From contig OZ024755.1 of assembly GCA_964016885.1 (NCBI GenBank), positions 7,006,001 through 7,070,000 of the forward strand: DNA of 64,000 nucleotides, written 5' to 3'. The translations under genes and the position numbers were made by a program. The notes beneath the pieces are model-generated. The model was not told the DNA's origin and searched no databases. It worked only from the letters and a program-made list of their open reading frames with translations. The stretch comes from Eledone cirrhosa (lineage: Eukaryota). Each line of letters begins with the position of its first letter. The first letter of the stretch is position 1. Below are positions 16,263 through 31,595 of this stretch, one piece after another.

Positions 16263-16493
16263 GGAAAAATGTTTAACCCCGACGGCAGAGCTCAAGCCGT
16301 TTCGACGGCTATTTCTGGACTCAAATAGCCGTCTCAAGTATTTTCTGGACTCAAATAGCTGTCCAGAAATAGCCAGCGAAACGGCTTGAGCTCTGCCGTC
16401 AGGGTTAAACATTTTCCTAGTACCCACTCTACTACCCTAAGTATTGAGTACTCTGGTGCGTTATGGTCCACATGGTTCCTTACCACACCTCGT

Positions 16494-16495
<2 letters not shown>
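16263..16495. mobile_element. Family X hairpin repeat with a duplicated loop
   Basis: Same family; tttctggactcaaatagc is duplicated within the loop. Confidence 0.8.
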
Positions 16496-16580
<85 letters not shown>

Positions 16581-16848
16581 ATGTATATATATATGTGTGT
16601 GTGTGTGTGTGTGCATTATACATACACACACACAAACACCGACAAACATAGGTATATATATAACTATTTCTCTCGCCTCGAAAAATGGGGATAGCCAGCC
16701 AAATAATAATAACAATAATAATTGAAGTGAGAAAAGCAAAGTAGCGAATAGCAAGCGTAACATGGCGACTGATTAATTAGTCGACCGTAAATAGAACCCC
16801 TGTGTGGCATTGACCCCCTGTTGCTGAGTACATACACCTACACACACA

Positions 16849-16890
<42 letters not shown>

Positions 16891-16903
16891 GAGAGAGATT
16901 TAC

Positions 16904-16977
<74 letters not shown>

Positions 16978-17044
16978 TGTGTCTGTGTGTATGAGACCGG
17001 GAAGGCTATACATTAGGTTAGTAGGTGTGTGTATAATGTATATA

Positions 17045-17077
<33 letters not shown>

Positions 17078-17597
17078 TGTTGTTGTTGTTGTTATTGGAT
17101 TGGCAGTATCGGTAGAGCGTCGGATAACATGCTTTGCGGCATAGAGTTACATCTCTTTATGTGCTGAGTTCAAATCCCACCGAGATTAGTTTTTCTGTTC
17201 ATCCTTTACGGGGTCAATAAAATAAAGTACCAGTAATGCACTGGCATTGATTTAACTAACTTTCCTCTTCCCTTCAAATTGTAAATCAAAACAATTATTA
17301 ATCAAAAGAAGAAACAATTATAATTATAGCTACAACAATTATTAAGCGAGGCGGGAGTATATAGTGCATAATTTGAGGAAGGAAGGGATAACTGGAAGAA
17401 GGGGTCACAGTTTTTAGGGTTCCCCTAGAGTGATAAATCCACAGGTATCGGTACTAACTATATTCTGTGATGGAATGACTCCAGGTAGAGGTTCCTTGTT
17501 TTTCCCCACAGAAACGCTAAAATGCTAAAAGAGACCATAATGGATAACATTTTGTACATGGTTGCTATAACTTCTAAGAGCAACTTTACTGAGGCAA

Positions 17598-18270
17598 AAG
17601 TCTAAAGTCTAAAGTCTTAAGTCTAAAGTCTTAGCCAGAAGTCTTAGCCAGAAGTCTTAGCCAGAAGTCTTAGCCAGAAGTCTTAGCCAGAAGTCTTAGC
17701 CAGAAGTCTTAGCCAGAAGTCTTAGCCAGAAGGTTCATTTGGCCGGTGCTTATCCCGGTTTCATGGCGTGAAGCGACTGAGAGTACAAGACTTCCCCCTG
17801 GAGTGAAGGTGCATGGCTTAGTGGTTAGAGCATTGGGCTTGCAATCGAAAGGTTGTAAGTTCAATTATCGGATCGGGTGATGTGTTGTTTCCTTGAGCAA
17901 GACACTTTATTTCACATTGCTCCAGTTTACTCAGCTTGTAGAAATGAGATGATAGGACTGGAGTCCCTATCATTAAATCACCCAAGACACCTCTAACGAG
18001 ATATACCTTGAAGGAGGCCAGCTAAACCTGCATAGGTGTGAGCTGTCACACACACACACTTCCCTGGACAGGACGCTAGTCCATAGCAGGGTTAAACCCC
18101 CAGCTATTGCTGGTACTCATTTTCAGCTGAGTATACTGGAACAACGTGAAATGAAGTATTTTGCTCAAGAACACAACAAGCAACCCAGGGATCGAACCCA
18201 CAACGTGTCAAAACTAGAAACAATTATGATCGTATGTCCAACACCCTTACCACTAGGCCACGTGCCTCCA
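17598..18270 (-). mobile_element. SINE family 2 with a nested opposite-strand SINE and an expanded 13-bp tail repeat
   Basis: Matches 48745-48975(-) and 44714-44820(+). An insert at 17803-18058 is bounded by cttccc(cc)tgga. (cttagccagaagt) repeats about 8 times at 17630-17730. Confidence 0.8.
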
Positions 18271-18420
18271 CTACTGAGACAAATCGGGCCACAAATCCAG
18301 GAAAAGAAGAAGAAGAAGAAGAAGAAGAAGAAGAAGAAGAAGAAGAAGAAGAAGAAGAAGATATAAACCCGTAGAGCAAATATTTATTATTAGCATGGAT
18401 TAGAAGTTTAAGTAAGCGGG

Positions 18421-18534
<114 letters not shown>

Positions 18535-18744
18535 GTGTGTGCGTGTGTGTGTGTGTGTGCGTGTGTGTGTATGCGCGTGTGTGTGTGTGTGTGTGTGCGC
18601 GCACGCGTGTGTGTGTGTGTTGCAACAGATCGGTGGAGGATTTAGTGAGAAAAGACGAAGCTCTGACATCAGCTGCCAGCAGATGTGACATAATACTTCG
18701 ATTTGGCTACGCTTGGTACATAAGTTCATTGGAGCGTGTAATAG

Positions 18745-20035
18745 ACAGCACCCAACACACGACTGTCTCTGCTGCTCCCTCCACACCTTGCCTCCTACTA
18801 CTACCTTCACACCTCCCACTATTACCACTGTCCACCCATACCTCCTACTACTACCTTCACAGCCATACCTCCTACTACTACTACCTTCACACCTCCCACT
18901 ATTACCACTGTCCACCCATACCTCCTACTACTACCTTCACAGCCATACCTCCTACTACTACTACCTTCACACCTCCCACTATTACCACTGTCCACCCATA
19001 CCTCCTACTACTACCTTCACAGCCATACCTCCTACTACTACTACCTTTACACCCACACCTCCCACTACTACCACTGGCCACCCTACCTCCCACTGCTCCC
19101 TCCACACCCTGCCACCCACTGCTCCCTCCACCCACACCTCCCACTACTACCACTGTCCATACCTCCCACTACTACCACTCTCCATACCTCCCACTACTAC
19201 CACTGTTCACCCTGCCCATCACACCACCTTTCTTTCTACTCTTCACTTTGCTGCTATTAATTGCACCATCCCCCTCACCATCACCACTAACACCACCATC
19301 CCCCTCACCACCACCACTAACACCACCACCACCAACACCACCACCACCAACACCACCACCACCAACGCCACCACCACCAACACCACCACCACCAACACCA
19401 CCACCACCACCACCACCACTAACACCACCAACACCACCACCACCACCACCACCAACACCACCAACACCACCACCACCAACGCCACCACCACCAACACCAC
19501 CACCACCAACACCACCACCACCAACACCACCACCACCAACACCACCAACACCACCACCACCAACGCCACCACCACCAACACCACCACCACCAACACCACC
19601 ACCACCACCACCACCAACACCACCACCACCAACACCACCACCACCAACACCACCACCACCAACACCACCAACACCACCACCACCAACACCACCACCACCA
19701 CCAACACCACCACCAACACCACCACCACCACCACCAACACCACCACCACCAACACCACCACCACCAACACCACCACCACCACCAACAACAACACCACCAC
19801 CACCAACACCAACACCACCACTACCAACGCCACCAACTTCACCACCAACAACAACACCACCAACACCAACACCACCAACTTCACCACAACCACCACCTAC
19901 CACCACCACCAACACCAACACCACCACTACCAACGCCACCAACTTCACCACCACCAACAACACCACCACGACCAACAACACCACCACCACCAACAACACC
20001 ACCACCACCAACAACAACAACAACAACTCCAAACA
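18745..20035. repeat. C/A-rich compound repeat: ~75-bp units followed by (CCA)n
   Basis: Direct inspection. Similar (CAA/CCA/GTT/CAT)n tracts lie at 9100-9485, 10160-10670, 15020-16130 and 25290-25680. Confidence 0.95.
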
Positions 20036-20319
20036 AATCATAACGATATTAATATCTCATTGTTATCAACTACAATTGGATGATGTCAGACGATATTATT
20101 CAATCTTGTTTTATTAGTAATGACACCTCAACGAAACCTGATTCTGTACAATATTCCTGATAATAAAAGGATACAGACACCCCCTCGGGCACGAATGATC
20201 ATGAGATTTGCACCTAGAAAGTTCCCTTCTGGGGCATAAGAACAGGCAAGATGTTTTCGTGGAAGACCAGCAGTCAGTAGAGAGGGGAGACATACTCGTC
20301 TCCTCTCTCCACGCCACCG

Positions 20320-20580
20320 ATGTTGTCCGAGGGAATGGCAAAAGCCGATACAACTTGGCACCAGTGACATCTCAACTAATATATACAGTATGCTATATAT
20401 AATGCTGTCTGAGAGAATGGCAAAGGCCAATACAGCTTGGCACCAGTGACATCGCAACTAATATATACACACTATATATACACTATGCTATATATAATGT
20501 TGTCAAAGAGAAAGAAAAAGGCCGATACAACTTCGTACCAGTAACGTTACAACTGAAATATACACCACTATATATACACA
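20320..20580. repeat. About 80-95-bp tandem repeat, 3 copies
   Basis: gccgatacaacttggcaccagtgacatc recurs at about 20344, 20426 and 20521. Confidence 0.8.
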
Positions 20581-21102
20581 ACAGGGGCGATGGAAGCATT
20601 TCTGAATTGGCGGTGGGGCAAATGTGGTCAATTTAGTTGTAGTGATTACTTTAGCTCTTTGCACTCTAAAATAGTCAGGAAACTTCGATGTGCGATCATG
20701 TACATAAATTGTAGCACATATTCAAATAGATGGGGGTTTTGGTACTTTGGGGAGAAATTACCAAAACACACTACTACAGGGAACTCTCTTCCAATACCCT
20801 CTCTATATCAATTAACACCAAACTCTCACCCTCTCTATATCTATTATGACCAATCTCTATCAACTTTCTCACTCTATTCATTACCAGCAAACTCTCCCCC
20901 TCTCTACATCAACCATACAACACTCTCTTCCAATCCCCCGCTCTATATAAATTAACACCAAACTCTCACCCTCTCTCTATAAATTAAAACCAAACTCTCA
21001 CACTCTGTATATCTACTACATGGAACTCTCTTCCAATGCACGTCTTATATATATTTTATATATCATATATATTATATATTATATATTGTATATATATATA
21101 TA

Positions 21103-21172
<70 letters not shown>

Positions 21173-21224
21173 AATCCACCTCTTATATATATATATATTG
21201 TATTATATATATTATATATTATAT

Positions 21225-21318
<94 letters not shown>

Positions 21319-21387
21319 ATATATAATATATAATATATATAATATATAATATTTATAATACAATATATATATGTATAAGAGGTGGAT

Positions 21388-21463
<76 letters not shown>

Positions 21464-21511
21464 AATATATATATATACAATATATAATATATATATGTAT
21501 AAGAGGTGGAT

Positions 21512-21561
<50 letters not shown>

Positions 21562-21674
21562 CATATGTATATATATATATGTATATATATATGTATATGT
21601 ATATAAATATATATATATAAATATATATATATACAATATATAATATATAATATATATATATGTATATATATATG

Positions 21675-21707
<33 letters not shown>

Positions 21708-21719
21708 GTATATATATAC

Positions 21720-21818
<99 letters not shown>

Positions 21819-22526
21819 GACATAAGTGTGTGTGTTTACGTTTACTGTCTTTTTATATCCTGTAACTTAACGATTTCAAACATTAAATTAAGAAGTATTA
21901 TGTCTCATATATTCGGTTAAATCTACTGTAAGCGTTACATCCGCCATAATAGAAAGAGTGTGAAAGGTGCAGTGAACTTAGTTAAATTTTGAACTTGTGA
22001 GTGTGAGACAGGTACACCTCCACGTTAACAAATCGTTTGAACATAAAACACTCTCATGCATGTATGTATACAGAGACCTCGCACACTCACACATACATAT
22101 ATGTTTACATACATACATATATATACATATATATACATACATGTGTTGGTATGTATATTATATTTGATAGTTTGTATAATTTTGTATAATTTTGTACATA
22201 GATCTGTTGAATATGCATGCCAATTCTAACACATATATGTCCTAGAAGCGATCGTTAAATAATGAACTTTTTTTGTTTAATATAAGGAACTGTTTCATTG
22301 TTTTATTCATTATTTTTTTTATATTTTATATATACATACATAGATCTTTACATACATATATACATACATAAATGTTTACATATATATACATACATAAATG
22401 TTTACATATATATATATATACATACATAGATCTTTACATACATACATACATATATACATATATGCATACATATATGCATGTATGCATACATACATACATA
22501 CATACATACATACATACATACATACA

Positions 22527-22559
<33 letters not shown>

Positions 22560-22567
22560 CTATATAT

Positions 22568-22695
22568 ATAACAAAGGAATTGTGGTAAGGAACCAGATGG
22601 ACCATAACGCACCAGAGTACTCAATACTTAGGGTAGTAGAGTCCAGAAATAACCGTCGAAACGGCTTGAGCTCTGCCGTCGGGGTCATACTTTTT

Positions 22696-22700
<5 letters not shown>
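22568..22700. mobile_element. Family X copy with an internal deletion
   Basis: The terminus is joined directly to the right arm of the stem. Confidence 0.75.
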
Positions 22701-22741
<41 letters not shown>

Positions 22742-22778
22742 TACATACATGCATACATACATAGATACATACATATAT

Positions 22779-22863
<85 letters not shown>

Positions 22864-22900
22864 ATTAAATAAATGGAAACTATATTTATAAAACCATATT

Positions 22901-22966
22901 TATTTCATTATATATATTTCAGGGATATCATATTAACAATATGCTATGCCTTCCTCAGACAAAATA
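22901..22966 (-). ncRNA. Minimal type-I hammerhead ribozyme, intact core
   Basis: tattttgt CTGAGGA aggcatagcatattgttaatatgatatccct GAAA tatata TA atgaaata. Stem I is 8 bp, stem II is long, stem III is palindromic and the cleavage triplet is AUA. Confidence 0.8.
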
Positions 22967-23459
22967 CAATATAAACAGTTTTATAGATAAATAGATTCGA
23001 CATACCGTAACAACATCGACTTGCATTTGAAAAGGTTGATTTGGTATATACATACATGCATATATTCATATATATATATACATACATACATATATTCATA
23101 TATATATATACATACATACATGGTGGCTGCCAACTCGTTTTCGAGTACGGCCACTACTTTATATCCATGTTGGAGAACCCCTACCGATGCGCTGAACGAG
23201 TGTGACTTTTTAGTCCAGCCAGCCACTTGAAAACTCTGGTACAAACACTACACTTGTGACAATTATTGACACATAGTGCTGGTCCCATGGTACCATGTGA
23301 CGACAAGGGCAGAGAGATCTCCAGATATAAAGCAATGCCTGTGCCGTGAAGCTTTTATAGTGAGCAAAGGCACTGCACAAAGCCAGTCCCACTCCCTTAA
23401 CCAAGATGATATTTACCAAAAAGAAGAACAAGTAAACATCATTGGATACCATCAGGGTT

Positions 23460-23730
23460 GCAGGTGTTATATCAGAGTTTTCCTTCTCCTAGAATTCTGC
23501 CTTGACAAAGGCTAAGGGGTCATCTCTCCCGGTGATTTTGGATGACCATTGACTCTCAAGAGCTCCTTTGCTCTTTGACAGGTTTTGTTTTTAGTCCTGC
23601 AGGATGTACAAAGTCACCCTCCTCACCAAGAAACCTTGGTGGGGTTGCCAGTTTAGTCGCCAACGACCCGACCATGAGACAGGTTGTACTGGGATACATG
23701 TTACCTGTAGCACCAACTGGTAACCTGACA
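23460..23730. mobile_element. Interspersed repeat, paralogue at 61205-61485
   Basis: Both copies share gagttt...ctcctag...caccctcctcacca...gacccgaccatgagacaggttgtactggg. This copy ends in (CATA)n. Confidence 0.75.
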
Positions 23731-23758
23731 TACATACATACATACATACATACATACA

Positions 23759-23791
<33 letters not shown>

Positions 23792-24277
23792 GATGGCTGC
23801 CCCCTCGTTATCGAGTATGGCCATTGCACGGTATACCATTATTATACATATATTAAACATATATTATACATACATATATACATGCATATATACATACATG
23901 CATACATACATAGATACATATATACATATATACATGCATGCATGCATATATACATATATATACATACATTAATTACATACATACATACAAACATACATAC
24001 ATTCATATATATACACATACATACATACACACACATGTGACCTGCACAATTGTTGCGTTCCATGCACAACAAAGTAAATATTAGGAGTGTGTTAACTTTT
24101 TGCGGTGATTTTCAAGGTGGGGATAAGAGGGAGGGGGGTTAAGATAGAAGAGCAACGATGGGTGCAGTGATAGGGGTTGGTGAGTGGGTGTAGGTGAGGG
24201 TAGGTGCCTCCTGATGGATAATAAATGATAGGGTGAGGTGGGGAGCTAAACAAATAGGCCTAAGGATAGATGACAGA

Positions 24278-24386
<109 letters not shown>

Positions 24387-24405
24387 CTATATATATATTC
24401 ATATA

Positions 24406-24543
<138 letters not shown>

Positions 24544-24562
24544 CTATATATATATTCATATA

Positions 24563-24691
<129 letters not shown>

Positions 24692-25486
24692 ATATATACA
24701 GGTATACGAAGCTAGTCGAAGAGAATCGAAATACATACATACATACATACATACATACATACATACATACATACATACATACATACATGCTTGTATGTAT
24801 ATCTGAAAGTGGAAGGTGTGGGAATAATTGTGGGGGAAGGCAAGGGGAGGTAAATACTATAATGGAAGGGAGGTAAACATTTTAGGTGGGGGAGTGAAAG
24901 GCTGGTGGCTTTAATGAGCCGTAATGAAGATGGTTCATTTAATACAAAAGCTAGGTAAAGTTTGTATGTTTAGGGTGTCTTAATAACTGCAGCTGCTGGC
25001 CACTAGCAGAATAATTCGGTGTTTTTCGTTTACACGCTACGCTTAACCCAGACGTCTTTCCTTAATTGATATATAAAAGGGCCATAAAAATACTCATCCT
25101 GACCAATCAGAAACAACAACAAGAGTCACGTGACTGTTTGTTCCGTTTTCTGTTTGTTTTCTGTGTTTGTTTGGTTCGGTTCGGTTTGGTTTGGTTGGTG
25201 TTTTTTTTTTTTGTTTTTAGTTTTCATAAATATTATATTTGTTAAATATCTACCATGGCATAAATATTGTTAATAAGGTCCATGTTGTCTTCTTGTTGCT
25301 GTTGATGCTGCTGCTGCTGTTGTTGTTGTTGTTGTTGGTGGTGGTGTTGGTGGTGGTGGTGGTGTTGGTGTTGGTGTTGCTGTTATTGTTGTTATTATTT
25401 CCAGTGATGTTTGTTTTTCTCACCTCACCCCCTCCCATAGTTCCTTTTGACAACCGTGTTGTATTTTATGGCTGTTTATTTTTATT

Positions 25487-25517
<31 letters not shown>

Positions 25518-25644
25518 CTATTGTTATAGCTGTTGTGGTGGTGGTGGTGATGGTGATGGTAGTTGTGGTGGTGGTGGTGGTGGTGGAGGTGATGGTAATG
25601 GTTGCTCCTACTGTTGTTACTGTTACTACTGTTGTTGTTGTTGC

Positions 25645-25677
<33 letters not shown>

Positions 25678-26123
25678 GTGAAGGTCGTAAAGCCAGAGAG
25701 ATATCATAAACCCGATTCAATGTCAGTTTAATGAGTTGTTATCATTATTGATTTCTTATGGTGAACACAAAGCCTCGGCTTTAAACAGGGAACACTATAT
25801 TGGATTGTGGGACATACAGCACAGCTAACAACATAAAGGTAGACGAAATAGATACGACCGTGAAGCGAAACCGTATGGCGAGCTTGACACGTGGAGTCCG
25901 TGATCTCATCAATATCGTTAATAGAAAAAAATAAGGGCGGTGGATTGGCAGTATCGGTAGAGGGTCGGACACCATGATTTGACGCATAAAGATTTGAACT
26001 CAGAATGGCCCTTGCCATTCTGAGTTCAAATCCCGCCGAGGTTAACTTTGCCTTTCATCCTTACGGGGTCGATATATATATATATAGAGATAGATAGATA
26101 GATAGATAGATATGTATGTATAT

Positions 26124-26655
26124 ATATTGTTATACTTCGGGAGAGTCATATTTGTGTAATAATATTGCCAGAATTAATAACAGAACACACTCACTGTTTG
26201 GTTGGTTTTCGACTCTGTGTCTTTTATATCGGTTAATTTAATTTATTCGGTCCTCAATGTTACCATTGACTGACCAACGGTCAAAAATACAGATACGATA
26301 TAGACACAAACACATATATATAGTCTAACAAAGTTCTTTCGTTGCACATCTATTGTATGCCTACGCAAAATGGCGTAGGCATACAATACAACGGGAGGAA
26401 ACATAATAGCACCACTGACGATGTTGCAGATGTGCAACGAAAGAACTTTGTTAGACTATATATATGTGTTTGTGTCTATATTGTATCTCTATTTTTGACT
26501 GTTGGTCAGTCAATGGTAACATTGAGGACCGAATAAATTAAATTAACCGATATAAAAGACACAGAAGCGAAAACCAACCAAACAGTGAGTGTGTTCTGTT
26601 ATTAATTCTGGCAATATTATTACACAAATATATCCCTCCCCAAGTATAACAATAT
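26124..26655. repeat. Long inverted repeat (arms about 228 bp) containing a hammerhead
   Basis: 26124-26351 is the reverse complement of 26428-26655. An internal 15-bp hairpin lies at 26352-26388. Confidence 0.9.
26406..26459 (+). ncRNA. Hammerhead ribozyme motif with degenerate stem I
   Basis: atagcacca CTGACGA t gttgca gatg tgcaac GAAA gaac TT tgttagactat. Confidence 0.6.
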
Positions 26656-26695
26656 TTGTTTCGACACACGATTTCATATCAAAAACCTCGCAAAA

Positions 26696-26777
<82 letters not shown>

Positions 26778-26784
26778 TATATAC

Positions 26785-27150
26785 GCATCCTGATGCTGAG
26801 AAGGATATTAAAGGAAGCTAGAACAAAGTGCCTTCCTGCGGTCATGGTTTTCATTGACTTTAGGAAGGCCTTTGATTCTGTGGACCGTCACTGCCTGATG
26901 AAGATCTTACAGGCTAATGGAATCCCCAAGAGGATAGTGGACCTGATATCACTGCTCTACACCAACACCAAAGCCCAAGTCATTACACCTGATGGGATGA
27001 CAGAGTTCTTTGAGATACTGGCTGGAGTGCTCCAGGGAGATACATTTGCTCCAGGGAGATACATTTGCTCCAGGGAGATACATTGGCTCCCTACCTTTTT
27101 ATCATCGTAGTGGAATATTGTATGCGCCTTGCACTGGAGAAGCACCAGTA
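26785..27150 (+). mobile_element. LINE reverse transcriptase fragment (RTE-like), disrupted
   Basis: FIDFRKAFDSVDR...GVLQGDT(L)APYLFIIVV. A 19-bp unit, gctccagggagatacattt, is triplicated at 27029-27085 and shifts the frame. Confidence 0.9.
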
Positions 27151-27605
27151 CTGTTTCGTAAAGGGCCATAACCTTATTCTGCTAATATTAGAATTAATTT
27201 TTATCTTCACATTCTGTTCATGTTTATATTTATATTTAGTTAGACATTTCCATATCTATTCATCCTCACCTCCACTTCCACCCCTCTATATCTTCATTCT
27301 CTCAGTTTTATTGATAGTTCTTTTCTTTGTTTGTTTGTCAATTTCATTGTTTCTTTCCTTCTTTTTTTTCTTATTTTCTTTCTTTCTTTCTTTCTTTCTT
27401 TTCTTTGATTGATTTTTTATTTAATTATTTTTTATCTTTCATCTTTTTTTGTTAATATTATTTTTATTACTCATCTTATATTATTATTTATATTCACACC
27501 TTTCTGTCTACATGTATATTTACTTTTACACTTACCTACCTACCTACCTACCTATCTATTTACCTATTTATATATCAATATATTTACCTAACTATCTATT
27601 TATGC

Positions 27606-27659
<54 letters not shown>

Positions 27660-28499
27660 AAACATTCTCAGCTCTCTAACTCCATATTTGCATTCAAACC
27701 TTTATATATATACATACATATATATATATAATATAATATAATATAATATAATATACATACATACACATATATATATATATATATATATTATATGAATATT
27801 TTTTTATTTTCATAGATGCTATTATATTGCTTTCCTCCCACTTCCCCTTCCATTGTAAGCCCCACCCCACCCTAATTCGGGGCCCAACTGTCATCACAAC
27901 TATTAACTACTAATTGCCGCAGCTCACATTAGTTAATTACCCATGACCTACCAAACAATACCATCTAAATGGTAACAAATATCAACAACAACAACAGTAG
28001 GAAGAACAACAATAACAACAACAACAACAACAATGACAAAACAGAATCCTGGCAAACTAATGTGGTGGTCTATGTCATCAAAGATTGTTTTTTTTTTGTT
28101 AGTAAACTTTGTGTATATGTGTATATATGGACCTGTGACTCCGGGTGGAGTCGTAAGGGCGCCGTCCTCGCGTCCTTCTTAGAACTTTGTGTACCACTCG
28201 AAAACCCGTGAGCGCGATCTTGTCACAGCTCCGTACACTTGCTGCAGTATTCTACCTGCTTCTGACAGAGTGTTCCCCAAGTCGGACCAGAAACTTCAGG
28301 CTGGTTCATTGATCTGTACCCATCACTCGATGGCCTAAAATTGAGGAGCTGTTAAGCTCAAAAGCTGCAGAGCGCTGAGATCGCAGTTATATACTTTCCG
28401 GATACTGTGCCACACGCTGACGTAACCTGCTGATCCCTACCCAACCCATAGCTCACACAGCATACTAAGTCATGTTATGTTTCTGACACACCTCGTATG

Positions 28500-28808
28500 A
28501 ACCTCTGGTGTGTGATGGTTAGAAGCGGCTTGCTGGTGTGAGAATTGTCTAGGTAGGTTTTCCTTTGGTGTGTGATGGTTATAAGTGGCTTGCTGGTGTG
28601 AGAATTGTCTAGGCAGGTTTTACTTTGGTGTGTGATGGTTATAAGCGGCTTGCTGGTGTGAGAATTGCCTAGGTAGGTTTTCCTTTGGTGTGTGATGGTT
28701 ATAAGCGGCTTGCTGGTGTGAGAATTGTCTAGGTAGGTTTTCCTTTGGTGTGTGATGGTTATAAGCGGCTTGCTGGTGTGAGAATTGTCTAGGCAGGTTT
28801 TACTTTTG
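28500..28808. repeat. 60-bp minisatellite, about 5 copies
   Basis: Unit tttggtgtgtgatggttataagcggcttgctggtgtgagaattgtctaggtaggttttcc. Confidence 0.95.
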
Positions 28809-29084
28809 GAAGAAAGGTTATCCATGTAGAAATATCAAACATTAAAGTTATTTGTGTCAAATATTAAAGTTATTTGTGTATATTGGTGTCTAGTGTTGTC
28901 TTTCTAGAGATACGAAGATAGTGCTGGCTATATTACTGTAGAATGGTAGAAAACACTAAATTGCATTCGTCTTTCTGGTTCTGCTACAACCATTGTGAAA
29001 GAAGCCATGTAGTTAAAAATGTACTTGTCTGAAAATATGAGAGATTCTTCTACTTATGACAGTTCTCAACCTTCCAATTACATC

Positions 29085-29163
<79 letters not shown>

Positions 29164-29265
29164 TCTTTTACTCTTTTACCTGTTCCAGCCATCCATCTGA
29201 GACCATGCTGGGGCAGCGACCTTGTTGCTACACATTCTATATATATGTATATATATACATGTATG

Positions 29266-29311
<46 letters not shown>

Positions 29312-29602
29312 TACACATATATATACACATATATATATATATATGCATATATATATATATATATATCAAACATCAGTACATTCAATCACAGTTACACGCG
29401 CGCGCACACACACACACATACACATACACACACAAACATATACAAATATATATATATAAATGTTATATATATATATATATATGTGTGTGTATCTATATGT
29501 CTGTATTTGTATGTCTATGTGTGTGTATGTCTGCGTGTCTCTGTGTGTATCTGTGTATGTGTATATGTTTGTGTCCATGTGTCTGTGTGTGTTGGGAGTC
29601 AT

Positions 29603-29642
<40 letters not shown>

Positions 29643-29848
29643 GCAACCATTTTCCATTAACTTTCTTGAAATTTGCGCTACCAACGTCTCTCTGTATTAA
29701 TGACTTCTCTAGTTTATAAATCATTGTTCAGCTCTATCTGTCTAGGTGTATACATATAACATATATCATATATCTCATACATCACTCACCCAGAATGCAT
29801 ACATACAGATATATAGATATACGTATGTATATATTTGTATATATATGA

Positions 29849-29880
<32 letters not shown>

Positions 29881-29882
29881 GA

Positions 29883-29980
<98 letters not shown>

Positions 29981-30136
29981 GTACATATACATATATATAT
30001 AGGTGTATGCGTCTATATATATATATATTTAATATATTTATATATATGTGTTTGTGTGTGTGTTTATATGTATATAGATGTATATATATGCATGTATATA
30101 TATATTCATATATATATATATATATGTGTGTGTGTG

Positions 30137-30241
<105 letters not shown>

Positions 30242-30635
30242 GGTGTCTCAAAAAAACAATATATACACACTTTGATTACCTGTACAGGCAATATTTATTA
30301 GAATGTTGTTGAAGTGTGTATACATTTTGTGTATGTATAAATATAATTGTTTCTACTATTGGCACAAGGCCAGCAATTACACCAATTTATTACTGGTACT
30401 TTATTTTATCTACCCCGTGAGGATGGAAGACAAAGTGGTCGATTATAATAAACAGTAGTTGAGGAAATTGGGTAAAATACCCCTGGAGACGGATAAAATG
30501 GATAGAGGTACTTATGGTCATTTGTGTTGGAGTATACACAAATTCACAAACGTAGACACACATACACTCACACACACACACACACATACACACATATATA
30601 TATATATACATAATCTGTTACTTTAATAAATATAC

Positions 30636-30701
<66 letters not shown>

Positions 30702-30853
30702 ATTACATAAATGAAAAAAGATAATAGCGATATTCCGACCAATTTCCAACTCACTCAACAAACATTAGAAAATACCGGAGTATATTCCCAATTAAACGTT
30801 TGGGGTGCTAACTATATTGTATTGTGTGGATAATTGGCTGTATTATTTCATAT

Positions 30854-30906
<53 letters not shown>

Positions 30907-30952
30907 AAATAAAATAAATAAGTCAAATGTTTAAAATTCGGCTTCGTTTATT

Positions 30953-31007
30953 ACTGCCATAAATATTTCGCTGACAGCCATCTTTGGCTGTCACCTCTTC
31001 AGGCAGT
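30953..31007 (-). ncRNA. Hammerhead ribozyme motif; cleavage-site base is G, so probably inactive
   Basis: actgc CTGAAGA ggtgacagcc aaagat ggctgtcagc GAAA tattta TG gcagt. Confidence 0.7.
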
Positions 31008-31264
31008 CCGAATTAGTGTGGTATAGACAAGTACATATGTTGTTGAGGTGTATAACTTTGTCAATACTCTGATATGCCCAGTTCCTGGTTGTGTTGTTAT
31101 TTCACTGAGGAACTGGATTCATATTATTTATTTTATTTTATTTTATTTTATTTTATTTTATTTTATTTTACATTACTCCGGAGTAACCAAACCAACCTGC
31201 GCACTTCGTCGAGTGCTCCAATCTGCATACTGAGGTGTTGGTATACAACCAACATATACTCAAA

Positions 31265-31303
<39 letters not shown>

Positions 31304-31389
31304 TTAAGCACAACAAGACCACAAATTTCACAAGGAAGACATTATTAAAAGATTGTCAACATATTTTAGTTTGATGTAAGGAATGTAGA

Positions 31390-31472
<83 letters not shown>

Positions 31473-31475
31473 TCC

Positions 31476-31595
31476 GTTTACAATTGTTTCGCTACTCCAT
31501 ATAATATTTCTGGATCAGATGACTATATATCATAATTGATCTGGTTCAGTTGAAAATAATTAACATATTTAAAAGACAGAGCGGCTCATCGGAAC
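31476..31595 (-). ncRNA. Degenerate hammerhead with extended stem II
   Basis: gtt CCGATGA gccgctc (about 80 nt) gagtagc GAAA caattg TA aac. Confidence 0.5.

Noticed and set aside
28475-28825. Repetitive ORF or CRISPR-like periodicity
   Set aside because: Units are contiguous near-identical tandem copies with no unique spacers, the context is eukaryotic, and there are no cas genes. The same holds for 40253-40630 and 56187-56730.
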